Shown here: piece after piece, positions 47,374-56,831 of the stretch
How positions within the stretch are numbered: the first letter of the stretch is position 1
Layout: each line of letters starts with the position of its first letter
Assembly: GCA_047611425.1 (NCBI GenBank)
Contig: JBLFWJ010000001.1
Location: 4,038 to 68,037, forward strand
Direction of reading: 5' to 3'
DNA length: 64,000 nt
Origin: Bacteroidia bacterium
Lineage (GTDB): Bacteria; Bacteroidota; Bacteroidia; UBA10329
Notes under the pieces: generated by a model
The model's database searches: none
What the model saw: only the letters and a program-made list of their open reading frames with translations
Told to the model about the DNA's origin: nothing
Translations under genes and position numbers: made by a program

Positions 47374-48858
47374 TTACTTCGTTACAAAATATTGGAATCG
47401 ATTGTTTTGAAATTTGAGTTCCAACTCGTTTTGATTATTTCGAATATAGGATTCTAAAGATGCGTGAGGAAGATCCTTGCAAAGCACTAATCCTTTCACC
47501 TCATGCTGAAGTATGAGGTCGGTTATTTCCGAGGGGTTTCCCATTGGCTCATTACTAACGCTAGACCGGTTGGTGTAAAGATTAATTACTCTTGGTTTAA
47601 TGAAAATTATAGGCTGAATTTCACCCGGTTCGTTTTTGATGAATTGAATAAATTCCTCCGATTCAAGTTGTTGCGGGCCAATTTGAATGATGGCCTGGTT
47701 TTCCGCAATGCTCTGCCACCATTCTACATTATTTCTCATGTACCATATTACCGCCAACAAGAGAATCCAATATTTGGCAATTCGTTTTGGGATGATTTTA
47801 AGAAATCCGATCCCTGCAAGAAGCATCATTATGCCATGAATCGGAAGAATGAACCGGAATCCTGAAAACCGATATGGATAAATGAGGATGATGGCTAGGT
47901 AAACAACCAATGCCCAAGTGTAGATTGAATTCTGGCGGAAGGAGATGATCGATCCAACCAATATTAATGCGATATAGATCAATACTATCGTGGAATTGAA
48001 GGTTTCGGACTTGGTCAATCCTAGACTTAAATGATCTGTAAGCACATCCTTGAAATAGACGAAGTTTCCGACAATGTTCTCCAGAATATCAGCAGGAAGC
48101 AATTGATCAGCGTAGCTCTGTGTTGTCAATGGAATGTCGAATACCAACCTATTCAGAATGATTACCGAAATGGCAGTTGCACCGCATATTTTAAGTGCAT
48201 TCCAGAGTGGACCCTTTTTAGTCCAATTGTAAACGAACTGGGTTCCTTCAGCCAGCAATAGTGCAGGAATGGAGAACCAACCGATTCCTCGCATTAGAAT
48301 CATTGATATCATAATGAGGGCTACAATCCAAGGCGGTTGTTTTGATCTTACGGCCATAAGAAGCCAAAGTACCAGCATGGCAAAAGGAATGTCGGACATT
48401 AGCTCCCGCTTGAAATAAAGGAACCAAGGATGGTACGCGACTACAAAAACAAGCACTAATGACCCAATCCAAGAAAAATGTCGTTTGAGAAAATAGAAAA
48501 ATGTAAAGCCGAAAAGGATGGCTAAAATTGACTGGAATGTACTGAACGCCTCCATGTTGTTTCCCCATAATGCATAGATGGGGCTTAGGAGTATGGGATA
48601 CCCGACAGGATAAACAGCGGGACCGTTCCTAGCAAAATCGGGGTTGTAGATATATCCATGTTGGGTTTGAGGGAGGCCTTCCACCAGATTCCTTGCCTGC
48701 ATCAAGTACATTGCAAAGTCTCCACCCCAATCGTGCGAAGTGCTATGATTTAACCATAGCAATGGCAGCAAAAGGGCAGCCATTAGAATATTAGGCCAAC
48801 TGGTATGCTTGATATTAATTGACAACACGGTTTTCGAAAGAACGGAAATCCCGTTCAA
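47374..48858 (-). CDS. Polytopic membrane protein, putative glycosyltransferase family 39/ArnT-like
   Basis: 494 aa with about 11 TM helices, N-terminal loop with D-rich motif (HDWGGDFAMY), size and topology resembling ArnT/PMT-type transferases. Family assignment is tentative. Confidence 0.4.
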   Translation of the reverse strand: MNGISVLSKTVLSINIKHTSWPNILMAALLLPLLWLNHSTSHDWGGDFAMYLMQARNLVEGLPQTQHGYIYNPDFARNGPAVYPVGYPILLSPIYALWGNNMEAFSTFQSILAILFGFTFFYFLKRHFSWIGSLVLVFVVAYHPWFLYFKRELMSDIPFAMLVLWLLMAVRSKQPPWIVALIMISMILMRGIGWFSIPALLLAEGTQFVYNWTKKGPLWNALKICGATAISVIILNRLVFDIPLTTQSYADQLLPADILENIVGNFVYFKDVLTDHLSLGLTKSETFNSTIVLIYIALILVGSIISFRQNSIYTWALVVYLAIILIYPYRFSGFRFILPIHGIMMLLAGIGFLKIIPKRIAKYWILLLAVIWYMRNNVEWWQSIAENQAIIQIGPQQLESEEFIQFIKNEPGEIQPIIFIKPRVINLYTNRSSVSNEPMGNPSEITDLILQHEVKGLVLCKDLPHASLESYIRNNQNELELKFQNNRFQYFVTK

Positions 48859-49673
48859 TCCTCATCCTTTCTTTCGGCAACGGCCGTGAATTGTGCAAAC
48901 TTCTTTTGCACAACAAGCATTATGTCATAAGACGATGCTCTGTAGAGAAAGGTCTCTGAAAGGGCGCAAAAGTTCATGAATAAGAAAAGGCTATCGCCCT
49001 TTAATCCTGTGTATTTCGATACTGCAAGGGTGTCAAACTTTGCTCGAGCCTCGTCCCGTTTGTGATCTGTGGAAACGAGCCTTCTGTATTCCTGACGAGA
49101 TTTTGCGCGTTTATTGAAATTGTAATACAAATATGAGATAGGGTTGAGGGCGTATTTGAGTTTTTTGATTTCCTCGGCATCTTCCCAAACCGGAAAGTCC
49201 CTTTCAACATTATTTATTAAACCGTCAATTTCCAATTTGTCATCGGCCAAGTTTAAATCCATAAACTCTTTTCGAAACTGGGCTTTGCTACCCAAAGGAT
49301 TAACAGTGACCTCTCCTAACTGATACACTTGGGGTGCCATTCCAACGTAAAAAGGATTAACGCCCAAAAGTGAGTCAGTAATAAGATAAACCCTTTCAGT
49401 AAACCCAATACTTGAATATGCAATTGAATCTCCAATCTGTACTGGTATTCTGAATATTCCTTGAAGGTCTGAAATGGTGGCTGCGGAATCACCTAAATTA
49501 ATCACATGCACACCAGGTAAGGCATGACCAGTGGTCATATCACGAACTTGCCCGGTAAGCAAAACGTTTTCTTGAGCAGAACTACAAATGCTCAGAAAGA
49601 GAAAAATGATCAATAAATGGAAGCGCATGGTTGGATTCGCGAAGCTATTGCTTGTTCGGCTGCCAATACTCAT
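48855..49673 (-). CDS. Carboxypeptidase-regulatory-like domain protein (secreted)
   Basis: Signal peptide followed by LTGQVRDMTTGHALPGVHVINLGDSAATISDLQGIFRIPVQIGDSI (CarbopepD_reg_2-like beta-sandwich). Confidence 0.45.
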   Translation of the reverse strand: MSIGSRTSNSFANPTMRFHLLIIFLFLSICSSAQENVLLTGQVRDMTTGHALPGVHVINLGDSAATISDLQGIFRIPVQIGDSIAYSSIGFTERVYLITDSLLGVNPFYVGMAPQVYQLGEVTVNPLGSKAQFRKEFMDLNLADDKLEIDGLINNVERDFPVWEDAEEIKKLKYALNPISYLYYNFNKRAKSRQEYRRLVSTDHKRDEARAKFDTLAVSKYTGLKGDSLFLFMNFCALSETFLYRASSYDIMLVVQKKFAQFTAVAERKDED

Positions 49674-49702
49674 GCCAATTGAAATTTATGTTAACGCAAA
49701 AT

Positions 49703-51781
49703 CTAATTGCGATTAACCATAAAGAGTCGACTTTGAATTCCAGATTCTAAAGAAACGCTTAGGAGATACACGCCATTACTTAAGCTTGAAAGATCTACAG
49801 AGAATCCATTGTGAGAATTAGAAACATCAACTTCTATATTCCGACCTGTGCCATCAACAATTTTAATGTTGTTTTTATTGACATTACCGTTTGAATTCAT
49901 TTCAATTCTAAGGAAATCTACAGCAGGGTTTGGATAAAGTTTGAATTCATTATTCACTTCATCAACGCTGATATAGACATGATCGATTTCGATGGAAAAA
50001 TGAGAACATCCAAAGGCATCTATATAATATAGGGTGTAGACACCGCTCATCTCAGCGATGAAATGGCTGTTTGTACCGCCAGGAATTGGATAGCCATCCA
50101 AATGCCATTGAAACCCCGTTCCAGCAGTTGGATCCACAAAAATTGAATCGCCAATAGCCTGTATGTCAACCTCAGTAAATTGAAGTTCGTTTACGGCTAT
50201 AAGATCGGAGACTCCAGAACACCCGAAAAAGTCTACTACAGCTACGGAGTAACTACCCGCTTCGACATCAACTACCTGAGTTGTCTCCCCGTTTGGAGAC
50301 CATTCATAGCTTACAAAGCCTGAACCGGCATTGAGCATGGATTCTTCGCTTTCGCAAATGATAGTATCTCCGATAATTACCGGCATTGGGGTTGGATGTT
50401 CGATAACCGTAACCGGATTTGATTCTGATTCACAACCAGCGGTATCTGCAGCAACAACGATGGTTGAACCACCAACCGATGCTACATACGCCTGACCAAT
50501 TGACCCACTTGGAATCCATATATAACTTGCAAATCCACCACTCGCAATTAGCGTAACAGAATCGCCTTCACACATTTCAAAATCACCTGTTATTGAAGGC
50601 GTGACTAGAGCTGCTACACCAAGATTTAAACTGTCTCCAACGTAAATACAACCGTTTGCATCTTGCAATCCTAAGGCATATGTACCGACCGAAAGACCAC
50701 TAAAAACGCCAGTTGTATTAGTGAAAGTAGCTCCTCCGTCAATAGAAAAACTGTACGGTGAATGTCCCCCACCCCCGGTGATCTCAATGATTCCATTGGA
50801 CACGCTTGCACACGAAGTTGGTGTCGCTTGTTGGGTTAACATGAACAGCGGGTTGGGTTGTCCGATTGTAATCGTTTGACTAGAGATTGTACAAGGCTCT
50901 GTAGCACCTATAGCCGACACCATTAAATCATTAATCGCGACAGAAGGATCCGATCCAATACTATCTTCATTATTCGTCCAGTTTATTCCAATTTGAAGGT
51001 TTGTAATATTCTCGCAAGAAGCAGGTAATGGTTCACTATAGGTCGTCCATTCACCCTGACCCGTTCCTGGGCAGACTAGCGATTTAATAGTAGCAGTGAG
51101 TTGACTCCAACCCGATCCATCATTGTACCAAACGGACGCATTATCGTTCATTAAATCACCAACGGAAATGAAATCAAATTCTAACGTAAGATTGGAATTT
51201 CCAACTGTGTTGATCATGGGAGAATCCGCGCGTATGTTCGCTTCTGGGCAAGAAATGTCAGGGCAAGAACCTGGGCCTCCGGTATTATAAAGTGCGCCTA
51301 AACCAGGAAGTATTGCAGCCGTGATATGCATTGTCGCATTGCCATTATTGGCAATTCCACATCCGGGAGGGGTGACTCCGCCCTCTGCATCACTAATTAC
51401 CCAATAATTGGCATCGGCCCCGTTGTTACCTGTTGGGTTAGTAAGTGTCCAGTTCGGATTGAGGTCAAACGTTTCCTCAAACAAAACAACGGTTCCACCT
51501 CCTCCTTCATTCGTGGTGATATCTACCGTATAGTCACCGGTACATACTCCCGAAAGCGTTGAGCCAGTTGCCCCAAGAATTGGATTTAAGGCTACGTCAT
51601 ACCACTGGTATGTCAAGTTTCCTGGGCCAGAAACAGAGACTGTTGCTGCTCCATCACAACTGCCAACACACAAAGTTGAAGTGGGTATAATAGAGTCAAT
51701 TGTCAACGGACATTGTGCTTGGACACTCAGCGTAAATACGGCTAATGCTGCAGTAATTAATCGTGGTAAAAGTCTGGTCAT
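49703..51781 (-). CDS. T9SS C-terminal-target-domain secreted protein with repeated Ig-like (SprB-like) domains
   Basis: Signal peptide. Repeated Cys-containing beta-domains. C-terminal type-A sorting domain (...LYPNPAVDFLRIEMNS...GVYLLSVSLESGIQSRLFMVNRN). Confidence 0.65.
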   Translation of the reverse strand: MTRLLPRLITAALAVFTLSVQAQCPLTIDSIIPTSTLCVGSCDGAATVSVSGPGNLTYQWYDVALNPILGATGSTLSGVCTGDYTVDITTNEGGGGTVVLFEETFDLNPNWTLTNPTGNNGADANYWVISDAEGGVTPPGCGIANNGNATMHITAAILPGLGALYNTGGPGSCPDISCPEANIRADSPMINTVGNSNLTLEFDFISVGDLMNDNASVWYNDGSGWSQLTATIKSLVCPGTGQGEWTTYSEPLPASCENITNLQIGINWTNNEDSIGSDPSVAINDLMVSAIGATEPCTISSQTITIGQPNPLFMLTQQATPTSCASVSNGIIEITGGGGHSPYSFSIDGGATFTNTTGVFSGLSVGTYALGLQDANGCIYVGDSLNLGVAALVTPSITGDFEMCEGDSVTLIASGGFASYIWIPSGSIGQAYVASVGGSTIVVAADTAGCESESNPVTVIEHPTPMPVIIGDTIICESEESMLNAGSGFVSYEWSPNGETTQVVDVEAGSYSVAVVDFFGCSGVSDLIAVNELQFTEVDIQAIGDSIFVDPTAGTGFQWHLDGYPIPGGTNSHFIAEMSGVYTLYYIDAFGCSHFSIEIDHVYISVDEVNNEFKLYPNPAVDFLRIEMNSNGNVNKNNIKIVDGTGRNIEVDVSNSHNGFSVDLSSLSNGVYLLSVSLESGIQSRLFMVNRN

Positions 51782-51954
51782 TTCTTTGCGCTTTGAAGTG
51801 ATGAAAAACGGGATTTTTTTTGGATTCTGTCTGCCTAAGATCAGTGATAGAACGGAGATTTTACCGACAGGCAGCTATCAGATGATAAATCGGTCGCTCA
51901 ATTCGCCCGTGGATCAGAGCTATCCTTTTCTTTGCGGGGTAATCTATTATCAAT

Positions 51955-52671
51955 ATGCAATACTTAATTCTTGGTGCCACCTCGGATGTAGCCATCTCTT
52001 TTGCAGAACAGTGCCCAACTGGATCCAAGGTAATTCTCTGTGCAAGAAATAGTTCAAGGTTAGACTCGGTCGCCAAGCATTTGAAAATTACAAAAGAGAT
52101 TACGGCAGAAATAATTGAGTTTGATCTTTTAGATAATTCCGGACCTGGCGATATGCTCGAAGCAGCTAAAGAATCTGATGTGGTGTTGGTGGCCTGGGGT
52201 ATTCTTGAAAGTTCTAATACCGAGAAAGGAAAGGCTAGGTTGGAAATAATAGATGCCAACTTCAGGAACCAGATTCCAATTATCGAGGAGATTGCAGATC
52301 AGTTTGAGAAAAGAGGTTCCGGTGTAATAGCTGGAATGTCTAGTGTGGCTGGGTTAAGGGGAAGAGCTAGTAACTACTTGTACGGCAGTGCCAAAGCTGG
52401 AATGATTGCTTATTTGAGCGGATTAAGGAATCGATTAACTCCGAGTGGAGTTCACGTGGTGACCATAATTCCGGGTTTTATGCGAACCAAAATGACCGCT
52501 GAGCTGAATTTACCTGGACCACTAACCGCAGAACCAAAAGTTGCAGCCCGAATCATTCATAAGGCAATTCAAAAGAAAAAGAACGTGGCCTACGTAACAC
52601 CGATATGGTGGTTGATAATGTTGATTATTAGAAATATTCCAGAATTCATTTTCAAAAAACTGAAGCTCTGA
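51955..52671 (+). CDS. SDR family oxidoreductase
   Basis: N-terminal dinucleotide-binding LILGATSDVAISFA and catalytic YGSAKAG (YxxxK). Confidence 0.65.
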   Translation: MQYLILGATSDVAISFAEQCPTGSKVILCARNSSRLDSVAKHLKITKEITAEIIEFDLLDNSGPGDMLEAAKESDVVLVAWGILESSNTEKGKARLEIIDANFRNQIPIIEEIADQFEKRGSGVIAGMSSVAGLRGRASNYLYGSAKAGMIAYLSGLRNRLTPSGVHVVTIIPGFMRTKMTAELNLPGPLTAEPKVAARIIHKAIQKKKNVAYVTPIWWLIMLIIRNIPEFIFKKLKL

Positions 52672-53267
52672 TGAAACCGGAGTTGCACCTTTTCGATTTT
52701 GACGGAACGATTACTTCGAGGGATTCGCTTCTAGATTTCGCTTCGTTTGTAGTAGGGCCAAAGCTGTCAAAAGTCTACTTGGCAATAGTATCTCCGGTAA
52801 TTAGCTTAATGAAACTGGGAGTTCTGAAGCGGGCAAATGCAAAGACAATGTTCTTGAAGTTGCACTTCCTTGGTATGTCAAAAACCGAACTTTCTAAGCT
52901 GGCTGACGAGTATCTTGAACAATCGAAAAGGAACGATCTATTCAGACCAAAAGCGTTACTGGCAATTAAATCTGCTCAAAATTCAGGACACACAATTTGC
53001 ATTGTATCGGCATCACTAGATATTTGGTTGGAGCCTTTTGCAAAGCATTTTGATTCAGGCCTTCTTTGCACCAAGGCGCTTTTTGAGGATGAAAAGTTCA
53101 CAGGTAATTTGGATGGCAAGAATTGCAATTTCAATGAAAAGCCAAGACGGGTTCAATCGAAATACGATCTATCAGGATTTAGTAGGGTGGTGGCTTATGG
53201 TGATTCTAAAGGAGATGAAGCGATGTTCGATCTAGCCGATGAGCATCACATGAAACCGTTTGAGTAA
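52671..53267 (+). CDS. HAD-IB family hydrolase
   Basis: Motif I LHLFDFDGTIT, motif III/IV (...YGDSKGD). Confidence 0.6.
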   Translation: MKPELHLFDFDGTITSRDSLLDFASFVVGPKLSKVYLAIVSPVISLMKLGVLKRANAKTMFLKLHFLGMSKTELSKLADEYLEQSKRNDLFRPKALLAIKSAQNSGHTICIVSASLDIWLEPFAKHFDSGLLCTKALFEDEKFTGNLDGKNCNFNEKPRRVQSKYDLSGFSRVVAYGDSKGDEAMFDLADEHHMKPFE

Positions 53268-53269
53268 TC

Positions 53270-55765
53270 TCAATTCTGAATAATCAGAACTTTCACTGAG
53301 GACTCGAAATTCTCTCCCTTTGCCCGAACGAGATACGTTCCTTGTTCCATTCTAGGTAAACTGAATCTCTGAACCAGCTTGCCCGATAGAACAGTTCGAT
53401 CCAATAATCGAGTAACTTCTTTTCCCATCATATTGATGATGGAAACCGTTAATGGCCCAGCACTCGGTACTTCTAGGCTAACGGTTAGGTCTGTATTGGC
53501 AGGGTCAGGGTAAACTTCTAAATCAACACCTAAGAATGTTGCATCAAAAACAGCCACGATTTCTGCGTTACTTTCTGGATTGAATCGAAGAGCGCTGATT
53601 TTTTCATCGGCCACTTCAATTCCGTTCAATTCCCAATGAGAAAAGGTGCTACCTGTAGTTGGCTCTGCTTGAACGTCAACTTCGTTTCCATCATGATAGA
53701 CACCATTCCATGGAAACGAATTAAGATTTAATGTGTTTAATTGAATAGTGCCAGACCCTGCCGGAAATACATTGAAAGAGAGCACATGTTCTTCACCTAA
53801 ATCAAACACTTTCTGAAGGTCGTTTCTCGCATGTTGAGGCCTTCCATTAATGTGCGCAACGGTAGTATCATAAGCGGCATTGAAGTTGACTTCATGGCCG
53901 TTCCAGCGTTCCCAATGTTTCGGTAATTCGTTAGCCACCTTATCATGCGCAGTTTCGAGAGATGCTGTTAACGCATCAGGCAAGAATGCTGAATTAAGCA
54001 AATCATTATATCGATTGATAAACTGGCGTTTGAATTCTTCATTACTGAGGAATTTTCTGAAAATCTCTACATGTCGATTCCCATCTCCGTATTCGCCCAT
54101 AACCCGCCCAAGGTTTTCAAATTCAACGGGTATGAATGGAACACCTCCGAGAACCACATCCAAATCAAAAATGATGTACCGCCATTTGGCTCCCTCAATT
54201 CGCTCTCTCCAGAATTTGAGGTTGTTGTAAGGCCAGTCAGCATTATTCAAAATAGTCTGACAAGCATAATAATCCATCAAGCTTTCGATATCGAAATAGC
54301 CTGAAGCGATAGAATAACTCGACTCTTCTGTAAGGTCGTGGCTAAGGATGTACTGCTCCATTGAATCGAACGCAATAAAATCACCTTCAACAACTTCATC
54401 CTCTTCTTCTAAAAGGTCTAAATTTTTGTCATCAACGTCATGGTTATCCTCAACGTAGTATCGGTCATGCTTCTCCCTCAAATTGTGCATTCCCCAGTAT
54501 TCTCCATTAATGTAGACTCGGCTTGGACGATATGCGCCAACATCAACATTCACTTTTTGGTTTATCATATGCTCGTGAATAAAGCCATCTCTAAAACCCA
54601 ATTGTAGATAATCGGAACCTGAGTTTCTTAGTAACACACGCTTATAATCATTGATGCCTTTTGAAGGGAACAATTCATGCCGAATGCGATTTTTTCCGTA
54701 AGACGATTTAGCCAAAAGTCGAAGTGATCGCATCGGTCTGGTTCTGGAAATACTACCTCCATGAATCTCGAGACCGATTTCTTGTTCAAATGCCAAACTC
54801 CCATCTTCTTCGAAAAAGTGAACGTGGGCAGGTACTTCGGTGTCGTTCCAAAAGTTGGCCCCCGTGTACGGGAATTCAGGATTTGCATTCGGACCTAACA
54901 TGTAGATTCCGGTGTCTTTATCAAAAAGGTAACCAGGGTCTGTAGTAATACTGACAACAGGAATGTCTGCTTCATCATCAAGTAAAAAGGTTCCACTTCC
55001 ATAATCTGATGGGAAGAATTCAAAAGAATAAGCAATCGCTCGTATTACTGAGGAGGAGTTGATGTTTATTGGTTCGCTGTATAAATCAGAAGTCAAATCA
55101 GGAGTAGATCCATCGGTTGTAAAGTGAATCCAAGAGTTTGGAGTTTCACTTGAAATGGCCACTGCGATGTCCTCGTTATAAAAACCGCTGTTTTCGCTGA
55201 GTACAGGAATTGCAGTTTTATACGATTCCGTTCCAGAAACAAGACTATTGGTCGTTCTTGGTGTTGGAGATTGGTAATAGACAAACGGTGCCAGGCCATC
55301 ATTTTGTTGCCCGTAAGATTGGTTGGAAGGAATGAATCCAAACGAAACCGAGTCCTCAACAGTGCCATCTGGCCTGCTCAAAATCAAATCTTCGCCATTC
55401 TTTGACAGCTTGAAATTTGAATGAGGTTCGGTTAGATTTTGCGCGGTTCCCGAACAGAAAACAATTCGGTATCCATTTGCCGGAACAGTGGTTCCGACAA
55501 AGCTCCAAATGTTGGGTTGATCGAAATCATCGCTTAAAAACCATCCATCTAGGTTGACTTCTGAATTAGATGAATTATGAAGTTCAATCCAGTCTGGAGT
55601 AGAGCCACTTTGATCTTCCAAAACATTCCCGTTACTACTGCCTGCTTCATTAATCGTGATTTGACCAATGGAAGTGAAACTGAGAATGGAAAACAATATC
55701 GTGGTCAACAATCGGTTAATGAGATTGAGTGACAACTGGTGGGAACGTGATTTTACAGCTTTCAA
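53270..55765 (-). CDS. CotH kinase-family protein with lamin-tail domain (LTD) and T9SS C-terminal sorting domain
   Basis: LTD (ITINEAGSSNG...DWIELHN...NLDGWFLSDD), chitobiase-C-like domain, CotH core (...VYINGEYWGMHNLREK...), C-terminal T9SS domain (...GTYLVRAKGENFESSVKVLIIQN). Confidence 0.65.
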   Translation of the reverse strand: MKAVKSRSHQLSLNLINRLLTTILFSILSFTSIGQITINEAGSSNGNVLEDQSGSTPDWIELHNSSNSEVNLDGWFLSDDFDQPNIWSFVGTTVPANGYRIVFCSGTAQNLTEPHSNFKLSKNGEDLILSRPDGTVEDSVSFGFIPSNQSYGQQNDGLAPFVYYQSPTPRTTNSLVSGTESYKTAIPVLSENSGFYNEDIAVAISSETPNSWIHFTTDGSTPDLTSDLYSEPININSSSVIRAIAYSFEFFPSDYGSGTFLLDDEADIPVVSITTDPGYLFDKDTGIYMLGPNANPEFPYTGANFWNDTEVPAHVHFFEEDGSLAFEQEIGLEIHGGSISRTRPMRSLRLLAKSSYGKNRIRHELFPSKGINDYKRVLLRNSGSDYLQLGFRDGFIHEHMINQKVNVDVGAYRPSRVYINGEYWGMHNLREKHDRYYVEDNHDVDDKNLDLLEEEDEVVEGDFIAFDSMEQYILSHDLTEESSYSIASGYFDIESLMDYYACQTILNNADWPYNNLKFWRERIEGAKWRYIIFDLDVVLGGVPFIPVEFENLGRVMGEYGDGNRHVEIFRKFLSNEEFKRQFINRYNDLLNSAFLPDALTASLETAHDKVANELPKHWERWNGHEVNFNAAYDTTVAHINGRPQHARNDLQKVFDLGEEHVLSFNVFPAGSGTIQLNTLNLNSFPWNGVYHDGNEVDVQAEPTTGSTFSHWELNGIEVADEKISALRFNPESNAEIVAVFDATFLGVDLEVYPDPANTDLTVSLEVPSAGPLTVSIINMMGKEVTRLLDRTVLSGKLVQRFSLPRMEQGTYLVRAKGENFESSVKVLIIQN

Positions 55766-55811
55766 ATCCTAATTTTACAGTCCTGCAAGTTAATGATACA
55801 AGGACGCTGAA

Positions 55812-56018
55812 ATGAAAATCTTAAGACTGATGTTATCCACTGCCTTATTGATAGGTTCCTGCTGTTGGCTGAATTCCTGTACTTCCGGATGTGTCGTTTG
55901 CACTGGCGTTACAGCCGATCAAGACATATGTAAATCAGATTTTCAAGAGACCTCGGATTACAACCAATACATTGAACAATATGAGATGCAAGGAGGTGTT
56001 TGTGAGGAACCTTTATAA
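55812..56018 (+). CDS. Small Cys-rich secreted/lipo-peptide (68-aa precursor), paralog 1
   Basis: Signal/lipobox MKILRLMLSTALLIGSC. Mature roughly 48 aa with 4-5 Cys and conserved DQDIC.SDF...YN..I.QYE..GG.C shared with the next ORF. Confidence 0.5.
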   Translation: MKILRLMLSTALLIGSCCWLNSCTSGCVVCTGVTADQDICKSDFQETSDYNQYIEQYEMQGGVCEEPL

Positions 56019-56019
56019 A

Positions 56020-56211
56020 ATGAATAGAATAAAATTGATATTCGTTTTTATTGGTCTTCTGGCTTTTGCCAGTTGTACCCGTTGTTCCGATTGCGAAAAC
56101 AACGGTTTAACTGATCAAATCTGCGAGCAAGATTTCGATGATCCGAATGCCTACAATGCCGCTATTGCCAATCAGGAGGCAGATGGTGCCGAGTGCGTAG
56201 CCGTCATCTAA
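56020..56211 (+). CDS. Small Cys-rich secreted/lipo-peptide (63-aa precursor), paralog 2
   Basis: Start at MNRIKLIFVFIGLLAFASC, 1 nt after the paralog-1 stop. The longer 106-aa track ORF overlaps paralog 1 and is not preferred. TDQ-ICEQDFDDPNAYNAAIANQEADGAEC aligns with paralog 1. Confidence 0.5.
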   Translation: MNRIKLIFVFIGLLAFASCTRCSDCENNGLTDQICEQDFDDPNAYNAAIANQEADGAECVAVI

Positions 56212-56253
56212 TTATACCTTTCAAAGTGTATTTTTGGCTATCAATTTTCAAAC

Positions 56254-56814
56254 ATGGCCAATACATCTGATATACGAGTTGGATCAATTATTCGATTCAA
56301 CGGAGAACTTTGCTCAGTAACTGATAAACAGCATACGATGCCTGGAAAAGGTGGTGCGTTTTATCAGGTAAAAATGAAGTCAGTAAAGAGCGGGCGTTCT
56401 TACGAGAATCGCTTTCGATCTGGAGAGACCGTAGATATTGCTAGAATTGAGTATCGTGAGTTGTCCTATATATATGAGGAGGGCGACCACTTTGTATGTA
56501 TGAATAACGAAACGTACGAGCAGCTTTATATTCCTAAGACGCTTTTCGGAACGAATATGAAATTCTTGAAAGAGGGAATGATTGTTAAGATTGGCTTTGA
56601 AAGTGATGAGCCGATTTCTGCTGAATCTCCAACTTTTGTTGAATTGTTAATTACGCATTCAGAGCCTGGTATTAAAGGTGATACTGCAACCAACACGCTT
56701 AAACCAGCAACGCTGGAAACTGGAGCTGAGATTCGGGTTCCGCTGTTTGTTGGAGAAGGGGAGATGGTGAAGATTGATACGCGTACAGGTGAGTACGTAG
56801 AGCGCGTGAAGTAA
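56254..56814 (+). CDS. efp: Elongation factor P
   Basis: 186 aa. ...IRVGSII...G.......H.MPGKGGAF...K.K conserved KOW/OB pattern with the modified Lys-loop region (PGKGGA). Confidence 0.92.
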   Translation: MANTSDIRVGSIIRFNGELCSVTDKQHTMPGKGGAFYQVKMKSVKSGRSYENRFRSGETVDIARIEYRELSYIYEEGDHFVCMNNETYEQLYIPKTLFGTNMKFLKEGMIVKIGFESDEPISAESPTFVELLITHSEPGIKGDTATNTLKPATLETGAEIRVPLFVGEGEMVKIDTRTGEYVERVK

Positions 56815-56831
56815 CCAGTATCTAGTTTCAC

